A stretch of DNA of 64,000 nt from a virus: positions 1-64,000 of IMG/VR virus record IMGVR_UViG_3300028559_000015. One strand, given 5' to 3'. The position numbers and the translations under genes are program-made. Position 1 is the stretch's first letter, and every line of letters begins with the position of its first letter. Under the pieces are notes generated by a model, which saw nothing but the letters and a program-made list of their open reading frames with translations, was not told where the DNA came from and searched no databases. This document shows, piece after piece, positions 58,628 through 64,000 of this stretch.

Positions 58628-58933
58628 TTAATCTTTTGCGATCTTAATCTTAGGCTTCCTGACTGGTTTTTTAGCAGCTTCTTCCACTTCATGAATTTCC
58701 TCTGACGGAGGATCCATCAGTGAAACGTGTGCGCTTTCAACTTCCTCGATCTCATACTCCGGTGGCCAGACTTCCGGTAAAGTTTCTTTGGGCCCCCACG
58801 GCACGACTTCCGGTAAAACTTCTTGATCGATGACAGGGTATGATTCTTCGGCGCGTCTGGCGACGTATTTCTTATATGCGTGATAACCGACAAAAAGTGC
58901 TAATGCGGCTAAGAGAGCTAGTGCGATTTCCAT
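58628..58933 (-). CDS. Small membrane-anchored late protein
   Basis: N-terminal TM helix; CATAAATAC and AGGAG on the minus strand. Confidence 0.65.
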   Translation of the reverse strand: MEIALALLAALALFVGYHAYKKYVARRAEESYPVIDQEVLPEVVPWGPKETLPEVWPPEYEIEEVESAHVSLMDPPSEEIHEVEEAAKKPVRKPKIKIAKD

Positions 58934-59005
58934 ATGATTCTCCTATTAAGTATGGTATCCATAATGTATTTATGTGTCAATACTAGACGAAAGAATAAAT
59001 ACTTG

Positions 59006-60532
59006 ATGCGTGATATCATAGACAGACTGGAACTTATCAGCGAAAGCACAGGACTAGCCGGTAGAAGAACGGGTGACGTTTTTCGCAACGGCGACGGTGA
59101 TGAGATCACTTTTGACAATATCATGTTTGTCCCTGAACAGGGAGGACGGTTAGAGGATAAAGACCTAGACGATGCTATCGTTTCCGTTGACGATGCGGTA
59201 CAATGGTTGAACAATCGCACGAGTCGTACAGGAGGGTACGCTATTGCTACCTTTAATGGGCCTGATGGTCCTTTATATTTCGGTAGATACTTAGACAACA
59301 TCAAAGCCAACTTCGTGTCTAACTATGTTCCTAATCAAGTAGCAGGGTATAAGCTTGCTACGAAGACTGCATTGAAAGCTCAAGCAGGATTGACTCCTCA
59401 GGAACTTTTAACAGAAAAGACTGACCTGACAGCAAATGATATCATCAAGCAGCTTTCAGTAAGTTTGGGCGTTGACAACCCACTGTACACAGTTGCTTAC
59501 AACCTATCTATGGGAGAACCTCTTCCAATATCCTTTGCTGCTCCTCCCGGGGTTAGCTTCTCTGCATTCAGAGATTACTTTTGTGAAATTCTACAACCCA
59601 TTGCACTTCAAAGAGGTGAATATACAGTTAAGGCAGGGGATGATCCTAAAATCCTGTTAGATGGCAGCTTCGATGGTACGCTAATCTCATTTGATTTCAG
59701 CAAGACTGCTGGATTGAGTGATAGTACGATGTCCAACGAAGACGGTAAGTATGTAAAGGTTAGCAGCAAGGGAGGCACCGGCGCAACTGCTAGTACAAAG
59801 AATCTAATCAACAGTGTAGAGGAACTCTCTCACACTCCCAATGGTAAAAAGGTATTGGATGACCATATAGAAACAATAGAATTGCTCCGTGAGATTGTTG
59901 CACTAGGACAGGCAGGTGCTCCTCTTGGTTTGGGTGTTAAGTTTGATATCATTGATGACGAAGACGCTGCACAGATTCGTGACTTAAAAGATACCCCACC
60001 TGTCAAAGCAGATAAGATCGATGACCTTGGGTTGAGTGATAATCTTGTAAAGTTAGCTAAATCTAGAAAGCCTGACAACCCAGAAAGAATCAGTCTTTAT
60101 TTCCATCTAATCGCAGCAATAGCGCATAAGGTTGCGAAGGAAGTAAACGAGACTACTGAATTTAGTAAGGCAGCAGCAGACATTCTGAACAACGGGTCAT
60201 TAGTACAAGTTTATACCACAGCCAAGGCAGGCAAGGAAATCTGGACCTTAGACAAGTTCGCTACTGTTTATCCCGGAAATAGCATCAGGGGCGTCTATCT
60301 ATCAGCTTCTAAGACGTACTACAGCACGGGCATCAAGGGTAACTTCACGTTCAAGATTGATCGAGGCAAGGGAGTACCTGAAGATGATAAGCCAGGAGAG
60401 ATGCGAGCTAAGAGAATTCAGACAGATAAAGAATTCGAGAAGAAGGCCGCAGACATTGCTCTAGGCAGAGAAAAGCCCAAAGAAAGAATTCCTTCTAAAA
60501 TGGGAGATGTTGGGCGTTCATTGCGAAAGTAA
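59006..60532 (+). CDS. Late protein with PD-(D/E)xK-like nuclease motif
   Basis: YFCEIL...GLSDS...KVSSKGG; N-terminus MRDIIDRLELISE. Confidence 0.6.
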   Translation: MRDIIDRLELISESTGLAGRRTGDVFRNGDGDEITFDNIMFVPEQGGRLEDKDLDDAIVSVDDAVQWLNNRTSRTGGYAIATFNGPDGPLYFGRYLDNIKANFVSNYVPNQVAGYKLATKTALKAQAGLTPQELLTEKTDLTANDIIKQLSVSLGVDNPLYTVAYNLSMGEPLPISFAAPPGVSFSAFRDYFCEILQPIALQRGEYTVKAGDDPKILLDGSFDGTLISFDFSKTAGLSDSTMSNEDGKYVKVSSKGGTGATASTKNLINSVEELSHTPNGKKVLDDHIETIELLREIVALGQAGAPLGLGVKFDIIDDEDAAQIRDLKDTPPVKADKIDDLGLSDNLVKLAKSRKPDNPERISLYFHLIAAIAHKVAKEVNETTEFSKAAADILNNGSLVQVYTTAKAGKEIWTLDKFATVYPGNSIRGVYLSASKTYYSTGIKGNFTFKIDRGKGVPEDDKPGEMRAKRIQTDKEFEKKAADIALGREKPKERIPSKMGDVGRSLRK

Positions 60533-60603
60533 TAGGTAACCAAACCTGTTGCTTTTATCACAAAGATAGTCTATTGTTGTTATATCATTAAGAAGGATAT
60601 TAC

Positions 60604-61185
60604 ATGAGCCTAGTTCCAATCGTACTCGAACAAACTAGCCGCGGTGAACGCAGCTACGACATTTATTCACGCTTGCTTAGAGAGCGTGTCATTTTGCTTG
60701 AGGGCGAAGTGCATGACCAAATGGCTAACTTGATTGTTGCCCAACTTCTTTATCTTGAATCGGAAGATTCAGATAAGGATATTTCTCTCTACATCAACAG
60801 CCCTGGCGGCAGTGTCACTGCTGGTCTAGCGATTCTTGACACCATGGATTTCATTAAATGTGATGTATCTACTATCGCAATTGGAAGCGTTTGCTCTATG
60901 GGGTCTTTGATTGCCAGTTCCGGTGCCAAAGGGAAAAGGTTTATTCTTCCTAGGGCGAGGCACATGGTTCACTCGGTGTCCGGTGGATCCCGCGGTACAG
61001 TATGGGATGCTGAAATCCAAATGGAAGAAATGGTTCGGTTGAATAACCTTCTTACTGAGGTTTATGCTAACAACACCGGTAAAACTATTGAAGAACTTAA
61101 AGCTGCTATGGCTCGCGACAACTATATGGATGCCCATGCATCCGTTGAGTTTGGATTAGCGGATAAGATCCTTACTTCTAGGTAA
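60604..61185 (+). CDS. clpP: Clp protease proteolytic subunit
   Basis: YDIYSRLL; YINSPGG; CSMG (Ser); MVH (His); RDNY (Asp). Confidence 0.96.
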   Translation: MSLVPIVLEQTSRGERSYDIYSRLLRERVILLEGEVHDQMANLIVAQLLYLESEDSDKDISLYINSPGGSVTAGLAILDTMDFIKCDVSTIAIGSVCSMGSLIASSGAKGKRFILPRARHMVHSVSGGSRGTVWDAEIQMEEMVRLNNLLTEVYANNTGKTIEELKAAMARDNYMDAHASVEFGLADKILTSR

Positions 61186-61987
61186 CGGTTCTTCCGGGAT
61201 AATACCCATCTGGACAAGTTTTCGCTCTTACTGATTTGCTACCGTCTGTGTACCAGTGGTAGCCGCTGTAATCTCTGTTCAGATGGGAATTTCCTGATCC
61301 GTTCGAGTGTCCCGATCTATAACCTTCAGGACATTCAAATGCTAACACCGAATTAATTCCGTTAGTGTACCATTTTTTTCCGATACCATGAGCCTTCCCT
61401 TTTAAAGTATCGCTTATTTTTTTATTAGTTTCTGCTGATGCCGGCAGCTTGCCCTTGACAAATCCGACCTCCTGTCCTACATTAGGTGGTAGCATTATTT
61501 CTTTGAAACCATTGTTGTAGCAAACATAGCCTTTTGTGTATCCGGATTGTTTAGGAAATGGATTAACTAATCTACCGGGAATGAACCCTTCGGGACATGA
61601 GTGTTGATGGACCTCCGTAATTCCATTATTATACCATTTCTTGTTCTTATTAGTTTGTCTTAGTTTAGCTACGCCTTCTTCGGTAACTTTGAATCTACGT
61701 TTATTTCCGGATTGCCAATGTTTATTGAGTAGTAATGGATTGTCCCAATTCTCAATGATCAGCATATTCTCCCGATCATATGCTTCATCCGGATCCGCAG
61801 TTTTAAATATTATATCACTCTCGTATTCACGGAATTCTTCCGAGCCTATGTATTCTGCGGAGGTGAAATATGTTATTCCTAGATCATCTTCCGGGTGAAT
61901 CTGTAGTTTGATGTTAGCATATCGGTATCCGATATAAAACTGTTTGGTTACCTTATGAGTAAGGCGATACACGTAAGCTAAATACAT
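61178..61987 (-). CDS. GIY-YIG (Seg-like) homing endonuclease with repeated WYxxG...PEG modules
   Basis: YVYRLTH...FYIGYR...YFTS; four WYNNG/WYTNG-like repeats. Confidence 0.85.
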   Translation of the reverse strand: MYLAYVYRLTHKVTKQFYIGYRYANIKLQIHPEDDLGITYFTSAEYIGSEEFREYESDIIFKTADPDEAYDRENMLIIENWDNPLLLNKHWQSGNKRRFKVTEEGVAKLRQTNKNKKWYNNGITEVHQHSCPEGFIPGRLVNPFPKQSGYTKGYVCYNNGFKEIMLPPNVGQEVGFVKGKLPASAETNKKISDTLKGKAHGIGKKWYTNGINSVLAFECPEGYRSGHSNGSGNSHLNRDYSGYHWYTDGSKSVRAKTCPDGYYPGRTVT

Positions 61988-62216
61988 TTGCTGATACTCC
62001 GTTTCAGTATTAGAGTAGTTGGGAATCTCACCTCCGTGAACTACACTTTTATTTATCTTTGCGGTTGCCAATCACCGTTTTGTGCGTTAGCGTATAAATA
62101 AGAGTGAGCGCAATTCACGTTTCGGTGAAAAAAGGTTGACTTCGGGTACGTTCTTTGTTAGAGTGCATCATAAGCTGAAAAACAGAAACACAAAATTCAA
62201 GGACATCAGATTTAAA

Positions 62217-63029
62217 ATGCTCTTTCAAAAAGTCTTCGTACTTCGGGTCATCTATAAGAGTGGTTATGCCATTGACTTTGAAGTCACTGAATATGAGATC
62301 AGTCCATCTATTGCCAAGTGGGTTTCTGCCAACGACGAGTTTCGTCCGATCCATCTGAACTACGATGAAGTAGCTTCTGTGTGGAAGGTTGGTCAACGTC
62401 TGCGCCTCAAGTTTTTCAAGAAATAAGGAAATATAAAATGTCAAAGAAGTATGATGAACGTCACGGAGGTCCGTATGATCGCGGGTCTGCTGATAGCTAC
62501 TACGGTCGGGGTTCTAACCCTCACTACTACAAAGGTGGTAGCTATTCCAGCGAAAAGGTTGAACAGAAGCATATGACTCCTGAGGAAATCGAAGCCTATC
62601 TTGCAGGATACGCCGGTAACGAAGCTGAAGGTAATTTTAAGGACTGGGGTTAAGTTGAATTAAATCGTACCCGAGGTCACTTTTCGGTTGACTTCGGGTA
62701 TCCGTTTTGCTACATTGAATCATAGACAGAAACAAACAAACGGAGACACGAACATGATCTACACTCTCAAGATTTATCGTTATGATCGTCGCTGCAAGAG
62801 CGGTGAACGCTTCTTTAAGACTTACGAGTATGACCGTAAGGACGATGCTTCGATGGACCGCGAAGTCAATGCTCTCCGCGGCTGTGGCTACTTCGACGAC
62901 ATGTTCCGCATCGAATACGCCCCCAAGTTCATCACTGTCAAGAACCTGATGAGCGGCAAGGATGTGCAGATTGCTGCCGATACTCCTTGGTCTTGTCGTC
63001 CGGATTCAGAATCTTATTGGTCGGCTTGA
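62217..63029 (+). CDS. Three early hypothetical ORFs (62217-62426, 62438-62653, 62754-63029)
   Basis: Downstream of repeated early promoters. Confidence 0.65.
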
Positions 63030-63625
63030 GGTCTGATCATAACAAAGGAACCATCAGGCAGATAATGTCTTTTGGTTCCTGTTTTTGATTTAGCAAGTTT
63101 TGCATTTCGTTCTGGTGTGCAAATTTTAGCCTGAACATCTGGTCTTTTTAATGCTGCCGAAATATTAGCTTTTCCAGATTCTGGCATTTTCCACCCTTCT
63201 TCTTTTTTCTTGCGTTCTCTTTGGGCAGCTAATTCTCTAAACTTTTGAATGTTCTCCGGTGATCGTTTGAATCCAGTCAATTTTCTGCTAATGCGGGCCT
63301 TCACTTCTTCTGTGTGTTGAGCGGGACCACGAAACTTTTTTCCTCCGTTATGTCTATTAATCCAATTATCGCGGGAAGCAGCGTTTAATCTTCGTAACAC
63401 CTTGTGTTCCCACAGTATGGCTTCTTGAGATGTAGAGAATATTTTTCGGACCTCAACAGTGAATGAGTCAATGCCGTATTCCGCAATCAACTGCTTGACT
63501 ATTTTTGACGATGAAAAATAAGTTTTCCATAGTGTATCTGGGTTCGCAGTTTTACCGTGCCTAATCCCGTAATAATGCTTTTGAGTGGGCTTATGGAATA
63601 GATAGTATGAAAAAGGGGTTGACAT
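63014..63625 (-). CDS. GIY-YIG (Seg-like) homing endonuclease with NUMOD3-like tail
   Basis: FSYYLFH...YYGIR...YFSSS...WEHKVL; HTEEVKARIS. Confidence 0.85.
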   Translation of the reverse strand: MSTPFSYYLFHKPTQKHYYGIRHGKTANPDTLWKTYFSSSKIVKQLIAEYGIDSFTVEVRKIFSTSQEAILWEHKVLRRLNAASRDNWINRHNGGKKFRGPAQHTEEVKARISRKLTGFKRSPENIQKFRELAAQRERKKKEEGWKMPESGKANISAALKRPDVQAKICTPERNAKLAKSKTGTKRHYLPDGSFVMIRPQADQ

Positions 63626-64000
63626 TGTTTCTTTCCTGTTGTATATTGTATTTATACAAACAAAGATGTTTTTGGAGCATGTAATCATGGATATCGAAAG
63701 AGCAAATCGTATCGTAGGCAAGATGGCTAAGGAGCGGTATCGTTCCAGCGACGAAGTTCTTGCCGAGTTCTTGCGTTATCAGAAAGATGGCGAGTGCCAG
63801 CATTTTTGGCCCGATGAAAACACGGCATGTCTCATGCTGATTAAGCGACGAGCGAGTCAGTAATGCTGCAATATATCCCTTCAAAAGTCAACATCTATAA
63901 GGAAAATAAAATGGAAACTATCGCTAAGGTTATCGGCCTCGCTGTCGTAGGAATTGTTGCTATCGTTGTTCTCGGGCTTATTCTTAGCCTGCCGGTCATG

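Overview
A 64-kb segment of a large T4-like (jumbo-type) dsDNA phage genome. The host is probably an alphaproteobacterium, inferred from a tRNA-His with no G-1 and with G1-U72/A73, plus an Omp25-like porin. 1-13.9 kb: an array of 36 tRNA genes covering all 20 amino acids, driven by sigma70-type promoters followed by rRNA-operon-like boxB/boxA elements. It is interleaved with HNH endonucleases, a probable ~840-nt GOLLD-type RNA and well over a dozen other structured or tRNA-like non-coding elements. 14-25 kb: small early genes, a GC-rich cassette cluster with direct repeats, a cell-wall hydrolase and late genes. 25-29 kb: family B DNA polymerase and a probable sliding clamp. 29-42 kb: a 7-deazaguanine DNA-modification cluster (DpdA-like transglycosylase, DpdL-like T-fold protein, FolE, QueD, QueE; no QueC in the window) mixed with two glycosyltransferases, a cytidylyltransferase, an epimerase, GuaC, a PRTase and an HhH glycosylase. 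42-64 kb: Gp88-like protein, DenV-like glycosylase, RNase H/5'-3' exonuclease, ATP-dependent ligase, ClpX/Hsp20/ClpS/ClpP and GIY-YIG homing endonucleases. The strongest novelty candidates are (i) the family of stem-clamped tRNA-like RNAs, including a tRNA-Gln body split by a ~200-nt D-loop insertion that pairs with its own anticodon loop; (ii) a coiled-coil gene with a nearby heptad-repeat ncRNA; (iii) a pseudoknot leader on queD; (iv) a possibly glycosylated deazaguanine pathway; and (v) three late-expressed pseudo-enzymes. All calls were made by eye from motifs and base pairing; no database search or folding program was run.
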